In this document: one piece after another, positions 48,487 to 60,247 of the stretch
How positions within the stretch are numbered: position 1 is the stretch's first letter
Layout: each line of letters begins with the position of its first letter
NCBI GenBank assembly: GCA_943704425.1
Contig: CALSCP010000425.1
Span: 1 to 64,000 of the forward strand
From: Ministeria vibrans ATCC 50519
Taxonomy: Eukaryota > Protista > Filasterea
Length of the DNA: 64,000 nt
Direction: 5' to 3'
Notes under the pieces: generated by a model
Told to the model about the DNA's origin: nothing
The model's input: the letters and a program-made list of their open reading frames with translations, nothing else
Databases searched by the model: none
Position numbers and translations under genes: made by a program

Positions 48487-51400
48487 ATGGACGACGGCAA
48501 ACCGTGGCGACTGCCCACTGGAAGCGCACGCAAGCTCAAACACCCCCAGCCACCGTAAGATGACTAAGAGCACCATGTACAGTCGTGCGCTAGTCTCCTT
48601 CTTTCTCGACCTCCTATTCATCGTTTTTCCTTTCGCTAAAATCAAAATATTTTTCAAAAAAGTATCAAAAAAGAAAAGATTCAAAAATTCGTGTCACTGT
48701 TTGTCCATTTTGCGTCAATTTACAGGGTGAATCTTTGCACCATACCCTTTCTATTTTCCAATGTATCCGTTGTGCGGCGTATTTGAGTCTCTTTCGCCCC
48801 TCACGCGTTTAAAATGGCTATTCGAAAAATTTGAAACATTTTTTCGAACTTGACTCACGTCTGAACGGCCGTAGAATGGACGAGAAGAGTCTCCAAGAGA
48901 AGATTGGGATCTATGTGCGTCTGAGGCCTGTGTTTGGGGCGGAGGAGGAGCCCAGCATCCGCGCAATCAGCGACACAACGATCGCTCTGTCGCCACCGCA
49001 CGACTCCAAATACGCAACGAAGCGCAGCGGGAAGAAGGAGTACGCGTGCACGGGGGTGTTTGGCGCAGACGCGGGCCAGCACGAGGTCTTCCGCGACACG
49101 ACGCTGGCGCTGGTGCAGGGGCTCTTTGACGGCATTGACGGGCTGTTGTTTACGCATGGCATGACGGGCTCAGGCAAGACCTTCACCATCGAAGGGCCCG
49201 CCGACAACCCCGGCCTGCTGACCCGCACCCTCAACTACGTCTTTGCATCCATCCACGGCACCCAAGGACGCTCCGCCCTCGTCCAGCTCAACGACAACAA
49301 CAGCATTTTCCTGCGCGAGCCAGGCGAGGCCATAGCCGAACGGCGCGCCCAACGCGAGCGCGACCGTCAACAGCAGCAGCAGCAGCAGCAGCAGCAAGGA
49401 GGGAGCTCAAAGAAACGCCAAGTGCGTTTCATTGCAGGCGACTACGAAGACGACAGCAACGCCCTCTACAGCGACCTCCTTGAGCAGCCCGACGCGACGC
49501 CCGCCACGCCACACCCGCACCACCGCCACAGCCACCGCTCGCCATCCACCGACGCATTGTCGTCGCAGCAGGTCGACCGTGACTACGCCTACTTCATCTT
49601 TGTTTCCTACGGCGAGGTCTACAAGGGCTTCGTGTACGATCTGCTCGGCGAGGCACCGCGCAGCAAACAACTGCCCATCAAGGAGGACAAGGACCGCAAG
49701 AACTACATTGCGGGCCTGACCCAAGTCGAAGTCAAGTCGGTCACCGAAGCACTTGCTCAGTTGCGCATTGGTCAGCGCAATCGCCAGGTTTCCTCTACGC
49801 ACCTCAACGACGCATCGTCGCGCAGTCACGCCGTCTTCACCCTCAAACTCATCCAACTGCGCCTCGGCGACGTGTCGCCCGACCAGACGGGTCCTTTCAT
49901 CCTGCGCGGTGCACACACCGAGTTTCACATGAGCTCGCTCAGCTTTATTGACCTTGCCGGATCCGAGCGCGCCGACAAGTACAGTGGCATTGGCAGCAGC
50001 ATCAACAGCACGACGGCCCACGCACCCACGGGCCACAGTGCCAGTCTTACCCCGGCAGAGCGGTCGCGCCAGCTCAAAGAGGCAAACAGCATTAACCAGT
50101 CTCTCACCTATCTCAGCGTCTGCTTCAACTTCCTTGCCAAGTCATCCTCGAGCAGTGCTTCCGCCTCTCTGTCCTCTCTGACAAACCCCTTTCGCAACTG
50201 CAAACTCACAATGCTCTTCAAGAGTCACTTTCTCGGCAACTCCAAGATCCGCATGATCATTTGCGTCAACCCAACACCCGCTGCGTTTGACCAGACGTAC
50301 GGGATTCTGCAGTCGGCCATGTCTATCAAGGGCGTCACTACCATGAAGGCTCAGCCAGTCTCACGTGGAGCACCCACTGGTGGAGTGAGCACCGCTGGAA
50401 GTGCTGCTGTGAGTGGAGGGAAGGGCGCAAGCTCTAGCAGTGGTGGTCGTGTGGACGACCGGTTTCGCGTGAGCAAAGGGAAGAAGATGACTATCGTGGA
50501 CAAGAGTGTTGCTGCGATGATGACGGTAAGTCGTGGTGGAACACGACTGTTTAGGTTGCCACAGAGGGGGGCAGGGAGTGCAGTGGAGCAGAGATTGGTG
50601 GGACGAGAAGAGGAGGAAGAAGATGAAGAGGAGGAAGATGAGGAAGAGGAGGAAGATGATGATGGAGTGATGACACAGAGACAGGAGATTGAAGAGGGAC
50701 TGCGATTGATGGAGGAGGATAATGAGGCAATGGGCTTTACTGGAACTGAGCAGGGACGACCCTCTGTGGTGTTGGAGGAGAAGCGACGACAGATGGAGAA
50801 GCAGCGGTATGAGAAGCATAAGAATCTGCTAAAGGCGACGGCGGAAGGAATGCGCGAAGTCGAGCGGGAAATGGAAAAAGAGAAGCAGGTGAACACGGAG
50901 ATTCGCGAGCAGTACCGGCGCAAGATGGATGAAGGGTCGCGGACGATTGCCAAGTTGCGTGGTCAGGTCGCCCAGCTAGAGATTGAGTTGGAGGAGGCGA
51001 AGAATGAACTGCTGGTGGCAGTGACCAATGCGGAACGGAGTCGCGCGCAGACGGATACACTTCAGGCGGACCTCAAAGGACGCACGCGGGAGCTGCAGGC
51101 GGCGAGGGCGCAGTGTGACGCACTGGAGAGTGAACGGGATAAGATGGATGCACAGCGACAAATTGCGGAGGAGCGACGAATGGAGGCGGAGGCGAAACGG
51201 GCAGATATGCTGGGACAGGTGCAGAAGCAAGGACATCTTGCGATTGATGCAATGGAGGAAATGAAGGCGGAGCGGAAGAAGGAAAAGGCACAACTTGAGC
51301 AGGAGCGACTGGAGCAACTGGACGAGGTGGAGCGCATTCGCAATGAGATGCAAGTGCACTACGAGCGAGAGCTGCGCGAGCTACAAATGGCAATGGAACA

Positions 51401-53093
51401 CGACAAACAAGTCCTCCTCGACAAGTACAACGCGCTCAAACAGCAGCAACAACATGGACAGCAGCAGCAACAGCAGTATGACACGCCTACTTCAACACCA
51501 AAATCGCTCCGTCGTGCGCAAGATAAGGTCAAGAAGGCACTCGTGCGCTCGAGCACAAACCCCATCTCACGCACAGTGCACCACAACCCCACCACCATGG
51601 ACACCCCTGGCACTAATCCTTCTACCCCCACCATTCTCATGCCTGTCATTCCAAACTGCAAGACCATTTCCAAGTCCCCCAAGATGAAGGACCTGCGCAC
51701 CCCTAAGTCGGCTCTGCAGCACACAAACTACACTCTGACGCACCATCCCACTGCCAATGTCACCGAACATGTCCATGGCAAGATCACTCCCAGTCTGTCG
51801 CGCACTGGTAAGTACAAAGAGAGAAAAAAGTTTGAAGAGAGAGACTAAGTGAGTGAGAGAATACAATGTGATTGTACTTTCACAAAACACGATAAAATTT
51901 TATACTTTTTTAGGCAAATCCGTTGTGTTTGTGGGAACGGAACAACACGTCAGAACACGCCTAAGCACAGGAAATGGTGAAACAAGCGAAGAAGAACAAG
52001 AAGAAGAAGAAGAAGAAGGAGAAGAATTTGAAGTAGAATCGGAAGAAGACGAGCCATTGAGAGAAATGAGACCCACTAGGAAGAGACTCGCAAGTGAGTT
52101 TGAGCCGCTGTACAGTTCAGATCGGTAAAAAAAAAAAAAAAAAGAAGACACACAACATCATACTTAGTGCACATATATGTTGCATGACTGTGCAATTAAT
52201 ATTATAATCATATTATAACATTCAACATTCAAAAAAAAAAAGTCATGATTATCATTGGGAGATCCGAAATCATCAATTTTTATTGTTTTATCATTAAATT
52301 TATTAAATTTATACGATTGTGTAGAGTGAAACGGACCAAAACAGTAACACCAACAACAAAACGACCGACAACACGATATGACGGACGAGAACAATATCAG
52401 CAGTACATGACAGACGAAAATGCAGAGGAGTCAGCAGAGGATGAGTCACAGAGCCGGTATTACACTCCAAATGTGCAGCGCACTGTCACTCCCAGTCAGC
52501 AAAGGTCTCTTCGCTCAAAAGTAAGTCTCATTGTATTAAGTATATTAGAGGATCTTATTCATCAATCAAAATTGTGATAAACATGTTTCTCATTGCGTCG
52601 CATTGTCTTTTTTGCTTTCATTGTGTCTCATTGAGTACTTCATGGGTCTGACTGTGTCTTTTTTGCTTCCATTGTGTCTCATTGAGTACTTTATGGGTCT
52701 GACTGTGTCTTTTTTGCTTTCATTGTGTCTCATTGAGTACTTCATGGCCTTATTGTGTCTTTTTTGCTTCTCGTTGTGACTCATTGTGTCGAATTTTGTC
52801 TCATTAAGAGTTTCATTGTGCCACATAGTGTGGAACTTACTCTGCCTCATTGTCTCTCATTGAGTTTCACTGTGTCGCATTGTGTCTCATTGTGACTCTC
52901 CCAATATATTCATTGCCCCTGACACAGCTCTCTTTCTCCCCTTCCTCCTACACAGTGCGAAAGGGGTGTGCGTGGCAACGGCACTCTCCCTCCTAGCGTG
53001 GGTTCCGTCTCCTCCTCCCCACTCAACCATCAAACAAAGTCGGTTGGAAAACGCATTCTGAGAAAACTCAGTGGAAGAAAGAAGAAGGAATAA
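48487..53093 (+). CDS. KIF23: Kinesin-6, MKLP1/KIF23-like, with coiled coil and MKLP1 C-terminal (Arf6-binding-like) tail, multi-exon
   Basis: LFTHGMTGSGKTFT; long loop-6 insert; NDASSRSHAVF; DLAGSER; PFRNCKLT.LFK..F.G..KIRMIICVNP; tail TILMPVIP..NYTLTHH..HGKITPSLSRT|GKSVVFVGTE. Exon 1 48487-48554 joins 48875 in phase. Confidence 0.85.
52590..52800. repeat. ~50-bp minisatellite (3-4 copies) in the last kinesin intron
   Basis: cattgtgtctcattgagtactt.atggg/cc...tgtgtctttttgct repeated. Confidence 0.85.
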
Positions 53094-53239
53094 TAACCCT
53101 ATTATTATATTAATTGTGTGTGACTGAGAGAGAGAGTACAAAAGTTTATTATTACTATTCCATGGAACTTTTTAACGGTACTGTTGATTTTTTTCATAGT
53201 TTGAACAATTGAACAATTAAAAGTATTATTATTATGATT

Positions 53240-55915
53240 TTACAGATTTACATTGGAATCAGAGAGAATCTGATAACTTTCTAAACATTTTCGAGCACAG
53301 TTTCCAATTTCACCCTACAAACAAAAGAGGGAAAGGGAAAGTTAAAAATTAGAGTCAGTGTTATGATGATTTTGTTGACCTTTCCGGAAGACCAAACTTG
53401 CACGGAGGATTTAAGAGCCAAAAAGTGAGTTTTGCACAAGCGACACTTCTCAATTCTACAAAGAAACACCCAAAAAAAACCACCCATGGAATAAGTGTGT
53501 AAGACAAACAAAAGAAAGTAACCCTAACCCTCACCCAAATGACAACACTAACCCTAATACAACACTAACCCTAATACAACACTAACCCTAATGCAACACT
53601 AGCCCTATGCAACACTAGCCCTATGCAACACTAACCCTAATGCAACACTAACTCAAATGACAACATTAACTCAAATGACAACATTAACCCTAGTACAACC
53701 TATCCTAATGCAACACTAATCCTAATACAACATTAACCCTAATACAACATTAACTCAAATGACAACATGACAACACTCACCCTGAAAAACACTAACCCGA
53801 GTGACACAACATGTATCCGCGTACCTCTCTTCCATTGCAATGTCTGGTTTCGAGTGAGGCCTCGCCGAGAGAGTGTCGCGAATAATGTGACCCAGTGTAG
53901 TGCACAGCACTGTGATTGTACGACACACAGTAATATGATGTCTAATAATCATTCACAATAACAACAACCAAAAAACATTAAAAGTAAATAAAACGTGAGC
54001 GAATGCAAAACAGGTAAGCATAAACAGTACTGTTCGTATGAGGAGTCAGAGAGATCGTGAAGAAGAGGCAAGAGAGAAGAGGCAGAATCGAGAGACCACA
54101 GACGATGAGCAGTTGATTCGGTGGTAGTGAGTGTGTTGAGGATGTCGGCGGCGGCACTGGCGTCGCGGAGAGAGAGAAGAGTCTCGATAGCTTGACGGTG
54201 ATGGTTGCGGGTGAATTGGGAACGGACCGCTTTGAGAGTGGTGAGACGGGAGCGGAGGGTAGAGGCGATGGAGGAATGGCCTGTGTTGAGCGCATGAATA
54301 ATGGTGTCGGGAGTAGGCACACGGGGTGTCGGAGTAGAAGTGGTAATAGGAAGAGAGGGAGAAGGAGGGTGGGTGCGGGTGGGCGAGACCTGGGAGGAGG
54401 AAGAGGACGACGTGCGTCGTGGGTTGGCGGTGACTGTCGAGGTTGTTTTGGGACGGGAATGTGTTGTTGTTGCAGTTGTTGCTGTTGCTGTGGTGGTGGA
54501 GGCGGTGGTGGGGTGTGAGGGAGGGCGCTTGGAGGTGGTGGTGGTGGCGGTGGTGGTGGCGGTGGTGGTGGTTCGGGTGGTGAGGGGACGCTGTTTGACG
54601 GGCGGTGATTGTGACGCTGAGCGTGATGAATGTTGGGAGGGCGGCTTGACTTGTTTGAGTTTGGATTGGGAGGGCGGGACACGGTAGGTGGCTTCAAAGT
54701 CAGAACTTGTCGTTGTGGTGGTGGTAGTGGTCGCGGTGGAGGTGGGTCTGGCACGACCTGTGGATGGGCGAGAACAGTGGGTGTCAATGTGGACGGGAGG
54801 AGGCGCCTGATCATGACTCGCAGCAACTGCTAAAGATGGTGTGTGAAAGGGTCGCAGTGCATCAAGATCTGCAACCCACGTTGAGAGGGTGGCGTGCTGG
54901 TGCTGTGCGGTCACTGCAATAGCCTGGTGACGGCCGACATGCACGTCGAGCACACGACCCCATGCGACCGAGACACTTTCTTGGCACTGGCCACATTCCG
55001 GCTCCCATGTCCACGTCTTAAGGCCTTCTTGTGTCGTTGAGATGAGTGCCTGGCCGGGGCCGTGGAAGGCAAGAGAGCGAATAGCCGAAGTGGTCGGTGG
55101 AGTTTGGCCAAGCAAGGCAAACGGCTCTTCGCTCAGGTCGTAGAAGCAGACGGTGCGGTCGGCACTGCCGCTCGCCAGCAGATACTCGTCCGGATGAAAG
55201 CACACGCCGGTGACTGCGCTTGAGTGGGCCTGGAACTCGTGAAGCATCCGCCCGGCAGTCAGATCCCACAGCTTGACGAGACCGTCTTCGCCTCCAGACA
55301 CAATCCAACGGCCGTCCGGACTGAACGCGACACAATTCACTGCGCCCCGATGCCCCTTGTACGTTTGAATGCATCCAGCACGTCGCAAGTCCCACACTCT
55401 AAGGCTGGCGTCGAGCGACCCGCTGGCAAAGAAGTTTCCAAAGGGGTGAAACGACAGTGTGCGACAGTGACTGGTGTGACCCACAAGCGTTCGCACCACT
55501 TTGCTGCGCTCCAGATCCCACACCTTCAACTGCCCGCTCGCCGACCCACCCGCCACAAGCTCTTCTCGCGCGTCAAACGACACGCATTCTACGCCACTTG
55601 TCAATCCAATCAGTGTCTACGAAAACGATTTTTCAAATTTGTTAGCTATAAAACTTACAATAGCTTTTTTGAAATAACAATAAAACAAAAACGAGCGTGA
55701 TTAAAGAGAGGAAAGAGCAACGAGTCGGCATGAACGCGTACACTGATAGAGGAGGGGTTTCCAACGGCCCACGTCTGAATGGAGCGGTCTTGGCTGCCGG
55801 TTGCTAGGACACGGCCGCTGGTGGGCCCAATTGCCGCGCAGTTGACGCGCTCCGAGTGTGCAGGGTGCTCGAGTACTCGGCTCACGTGTCCCGAGGAGGA
55901 TGTGGAGCGAGACAT
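53240..55915 (-). CDS. KATNB1: Katanin p80 WD40 subunit B1, multi-exon
   Basis: AHSERVNCAAIGPTSGRVLATGSQD; WD40s (FHPFGNFFASGSLD, FSPDGRWIVSGGEDG); Ser/Thr linker; con80 domain GHSSIASTLRSRLTTLKAVR..WSLD..PDIAMEER|IEKC. Confidence 0.93.
53519..53800. repeat. Degenerate ~16-18-bp minisatellite containing the CTAACCCTAA (TTAGGG-like) core, intronic
   Basis: acactaaccctaatacaacactaaccctaatacaacactaaccctaatgca... Confidence 0.85.
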
Positions 55916-56071
55916 CAAATTTATTTTGATTGTTATATAAAATATTAATTCGTTAAATTTTCAACACAATTAATTCTAACGATCAGGACCAGCACCGCCC
56001 GTGCCCACTGGTGACCGGTACCTACGGCTGTTTTTCGGGTGACTACAAACTGAATAAAATAAATAAAGCCT

Positions 56072-57451
56072 TTATTCTTCCGCCCACTTGTAAAAGCCAG
56101 TGGGCACTTTCTCAAACTCATACAGAATACCCAATTCTCTCTCAATCGCACTCTCACTCTTTCCCTCTCTCAACATTTCACTCCGTACACACTCACTGTA
56201 CACACTCTTCCAGGTCGATGCCAACACAGTGTCAGTGAACTCAGAAGAGTGACATCGGCGTAAGTGTTTCCGCAGACTGCCGGCCGTTGACACTGAGTGC
56301 GAGCAGATGGCACATCGAGTGCGATACACACTCAGCACATGATAGTCACTAAAATGACCACCCACCCTCCTCTTTGTGAATGGCGCGTAGTCACACACTT
56401 GTCCCGTTGCCGGTCGCACCATTCGACATTTGAATAGACCGTTGGACAGTCGCTCAAACGACTCGTCGAGGTCCACCGCACCACAACCACTCCCCTCTTC
56501 CTTCTGCGCACACGCCAGCCACTCCGAGAACGACGACGGCACTCGCTCACTCTCACGCAACAGCTGCAGCTCACGCACAATGACAGACTCAGGCGCATTG
56601 CGCTCCTCAAGCGCACTGCGCACAAGAGAAGAGTACACCCTCAGCAAGTCACAGCCACGACTGAATACATCACCGTGCGATTGCAGCATGTGTAGATTGA
56701 AAGTTGTTCTGTGTGGCGCCAAATCCTCCTTGCACACCACACAATTGACGCGGTACACACTCCGAGGATGCCACTTTGAGAAATGATGCCCAACCCACTC
56801 AGGCGCAAATCCCTGTCTCGTACACACCCGTCCGTCCACCAGTCGACACCGACACCGCACCTTGCCATCCCCCAGCATCTCAAACACAATCGTGTCCTCC
56901 TCATCCTCCTTCTCGCCCCGTGCCATCGCCAACCAAGTCTCAAATCCCATTGGGACTTGTTCCCACTCGCCACGACCAAACACCTTGGCCACTTCTCCCT
57001 CAACGTCCTCCTCTTCTCCGTCGCGCTCCAGGGCCGCACGCACCTCTCGCAGGTAGATCGTCTTCCATCCTCCGTCCTCCAGCGGACCGCGTTCCATGAC
57101 AGTCGCTGTGAATGTGTTGCTGTGCTGAGAAGCGACGTGTCTCTTGAGGTTGCCACAACTAACATACGAATTGCAGACGACACAGACAAGGCGGTGCTTG
57201 CTCGTGGGGTGGAAGTAGGTAAAATGGCGCTTTACATCCTCGCCCCCAAACACCCTGGACCGACACGGCTCCCCATCGGCTCTAGTGAAGCGACACAAAA
57301 CTTTTCCGTTTTCGCCCAACGAAAAAAACGCACCAACGTCACTCGGCGGATCCGTCCGACATCGTTTGCCCGTCTCCGACATCATCAGTTCCATGTTGGA
57401 GGCGTATGCGCGGCCCGCTGCCACAGCGACACGCTCCCACGGTTCGCTCAT
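56072..57451 (-). CDS. Intronless protein with three repeated double zinc-finger-like modules
   Basis: 3x [CR-x6-8-C-x10-HF-x2-(F/W/Y)H-x-x-S-x-(H/Y)R-x2-C-x2-C-x11-13-H-x4-H...Y...VR.ALE...VP..F..W]. Confidence 0.7.
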   Translation of the reverse strand: MSEPWERVAVAAGRAYASNMELMMSETGKRCRTDPPSDVGAFFSLGENGKVLCRFTRADGEPCRSRVFGGEDVKRHFTYFHPTSKHRLVCVVCNSYVSCGNLKRHVASQHSNTFTATVMERGPLEDGGWKTIYLREVRAALERDGEEEDVEGEVAKVFGRGEWEQVPMGFETWLAMARGEKEDEEDTIVFEMLGDGKVRCRCRLVDGRVCTRQGFAPEWVGHHFSKWHPRSVYRVNCVVCKEDLAPHRTTFNLHMLQSHGDVFSRGCDLLRVYSSLVRSALEERNAPESVIVRELQLLRESERVPSSFSEWLACAQKEEGSGCGAVDLDESFERLSNGLFKCRMVRPATGQVCDYAPFTKRRVGGHFSDYHVLSVYRTRCAICSHSVSTAGSLRKHLRRCHSSEFTDTVLASTWKSVYSECVRSEMLREGKSESAIERELGILYEFEKVPTGFYKWAEE

Positions 57452-57474
57452 GCGAAAACAGAAACGATCGATTT

Positions 57475-57594
57475 TNNNNNNNNNTCGCCCGTCTCCGACA
57501 TCATCAGTTCCATGTTGGAGGCGTATGCGCGGCCCGCTGCCACAGCGACACGCTCCCACGGTTCGCTCATGCGAAAACAGAAACGATCGATTTT
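57475..57594. other. N gap with ~105-bp duplicated contig end (copy of ~57369-57474)
   Basis: Identical sequence on both sides of the N run. Confidence 0.9.
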
Positions 57595-57776
57595 AGTCTT
57601 TTTAGAAAAATAAAAATAATAATAATAATAATAATAATAATTCGATTTACAGTCTCAACTTTTACTTTCTAAATTTTTTCGTATTATTACTACTTCGAGA
57701 GTTGGTCTTTGATGTGAAACAACTAAGCACCATTAATTTCTATTTTTACAAAACAAAACAAAAAAAAGTCAGACTC

Positions 57777-59131
57777 TTACGACAGTTTCACGGCCGTAAA
57801 CGACTCGGGGGGAGACTCAATGTCTGCTTTGCTCTGAATCAGACGCAATTCGCGCAGACGAATGTACTCCTGGGCCGTTGGATCGGCGGATGCAGGGAGG
57901 GCACTGTGAAAGGCACTATAAGTGCGTTGCAGGACGGCATAGACAGTCGCACAGGTGTGCTCGAGGACTCGAGCAAAGGGCAGGGGACCAGTGTGCTCTA
58001 CGGATGAGACGGAGGGCGATGGTGATGCCCAGGCGAGAAGAAGCGCCGTAAAGAGATCACCACTGCCCGTAAAGGCACAGCTCAAGCGCGGAATCTGCAC
58101 GGAGTAGCACCTAAGTAAAAGTCGGCATACCATTATGAATGGGTATGTGCAACGGTCCTCTCGACGCAGCATGTGTGTGTGTGTGAGGGTCTTACTCTCT
58201 GTCGCCTGATTCGTTTTGACGACTTGCAACAACGGTGATACTGTTCTTGTCTGACTCATTGGAAGTCAGTGGCTCTTCTGTGCTCGTAATGGCAACAATG
58301 CCGATACCCTAAAAGTATACCGCAATACAAATAGAGATGCGCATGATTTCTTGTTCTGGTGTGTGTGTGTGCGTGAGAGTGTGCATGTGCATGCGCGTTA
58401 CCTTGTCGTGGAGAATGTTGATGACTCTTCGTGCATCGTCGAGCGTGACAATGGTCTCGCCAGTGAGAGTCCTACGCATGACTGCATCAGCGGACATGAC
58501 ATGCAAAGGAGTCTTTGTGTGCTGGCATTACTCTGCTTCAAACTGATTGGGCGTGAGAATGGACGGGAGAGCAAGAACGTCGGTCTGGTAGACGGGGACA
58601 AGCGCCGCGGGCACGTAGAGCTTCCCGTGGTCGCCCATGACCGGATCACACACATACACAATGTCGGGATTGCGTCGGCGCAGCGCCTCCACGACGCGGA
58701 TGACGGTGCGCAGGAAGCTGACGGTGCCGATGTAGCCTGGAAAGCATATGGGAGGTGAAGGGGAGGGCTGGCGCGGCGCGTACCGGTCACAATGTGAGTG
58801 TATTCGTCGAGCAGATTGTTCTCGGTGAGCCCTTCGAACAAGTCCCACAGCTGCTCGCCGTCCAGCTGCTGTCCGCGGAACGTCTTGTGGCCTGTGTGGT
58901 TCGAGAACTGCACCGAGTTGATCATGTCGACGTCGAAGCCCAGCAGCTGCAGGGGGAAGGCGAGCGACTGGGCAAACGGGAGCGATGATCAGATCACAAG
59001 ATCACGTTGTGGGATGGGATGAGACAACGAGTCAAAGAAATACTAATACAAACAGAGACTAGCGGGAGACGCACTTTGTTTCCGCAGTAGCCCGAGACGA
59101 CGTGAGACTGGATGGCAAGAACGCGACCCAT
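57777..59131 (-). CDS. PDXK: Pyridoxal kinase, multi-exon
   Basis: MGRVLAIQSHVVSGYCGNK; INSVQFSNHTG; VCDPVMGDHGKLYVP; TPNQFEAE; FTGSGDLFTALLLAW; ELRLIQSK. Confidence 0.95.
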
Positions 59132-59413
59132 TGTAGCAAGAGAGTAAAAGTAAATAAATGATCTCTCTTATTTGATCTTTGTAAAGTTGTTTGTTTTGTG
59201 CAGACACAGTAAAAGTTTGTGCAGACACAGTAAAAGGGCACTAACGCCGCTTACTTTAGTTACTTACCCCGCCCCATAAACTTAAAAAAGAGACCGGCAA
59301 TTGTCTCTTTGCTCTATATAATTCAAACTATTCATTCATTAATCAGACAATTTTTAAAATATTTATCATTTATATTCTCTACTCTTCTCGCCACTTCTTA
59401 AAACACTCTCAAC

Positions 59414-60159
59414 ATGGCGACGGAAGATCAGAATGAGATGGACATTAGCAGCGGCGAGACCAGCGAACGTACGAAAAGCCCCACACAATACCAATAAGAC
59501 AATACGATACAATACAATACAATACAATACAATACAATTCGACTCACTTTGTCGTCTTATCGTATCTCAGAATACAGAAACGTCGAATGGGTGTCGACCA
59601 GCGAGGTGTCGCTGAAGATGCAAAAGAGACAGATTGATGCGAAACGCGAGCCGGACTCTCATTTGGCGAACGAGAGCGAGTGCGTTTTTTTTTTGTTTTT
59701 TGACATTTTTTCGTTTCTCTCTCTCTCTCTCTCTCTCTCTCCGTCTCACTGACTTATTCTGTGCATTGCTGTCGCTGTGCGTCTAGAGTGTTCAAAGCAG
59801 CCCTGACCTATGTGAAAACCTACGCCAAGTTCAAGTCGCAAGAGGCTCTGGAAGACGTTGAAAAGTGAGAGAGACGAAAAGTGTCGTGGGCGATTGTCTC
59901 ATCGCTCTGTGTTGCGCTGTAGAATGCTAAAGGGCAAGGGTCTGACCAGCTTCCAGGTTGCCACTCTCTTGAATGTGTGTCCTGAAGGCAGTGAGGATGC
60001 GCAAACGTTCCTTCCAAGGTAGAAACAACGAAAACCCCACTTGAAGTTGCATGCTAATGCATTGTTGGTGTGTTTTGCAGTCTTCACGCTCAAGTGGAGG
60101 AGGACGATCTCAAAGGGTGTCTTGAGGACATGCGGAACTACCGTGTTTACATTGGCTAG
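59414..60159 (+). CDS. POLR2D: RNA polymerase II subunit RPB4, multi-exon
   Basis: STSEVSL; VFKAALTYVKTYAKFKSQE; LTSFQVATLLNVCPEGSEDAQTFLP|SL; DLKGCLEDM. Confidence 0.8.
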
Positions 60160-60247
60160 AAGACGAACACATTAAGGACAAGACGTGTTGTGTGTGTTTT
60201 CTATTCTGTACACTATTGTGATGTTTTCCACACAAAGACGTTGTTGT

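Noticed and set aside
52590-53800. Spaced repeats as possible CRISPR arrays
   Set aside because: Degenerate tandem minisatellites without unique spacers, lying in eukaryotic introns, with no cas genes.
57369-57594. Apparent ~105-bp tandem duplication at the start of the Zn-finger gene
   Set aside because: Identical copies flank an N gap, so this is an unmerged contig overlap.
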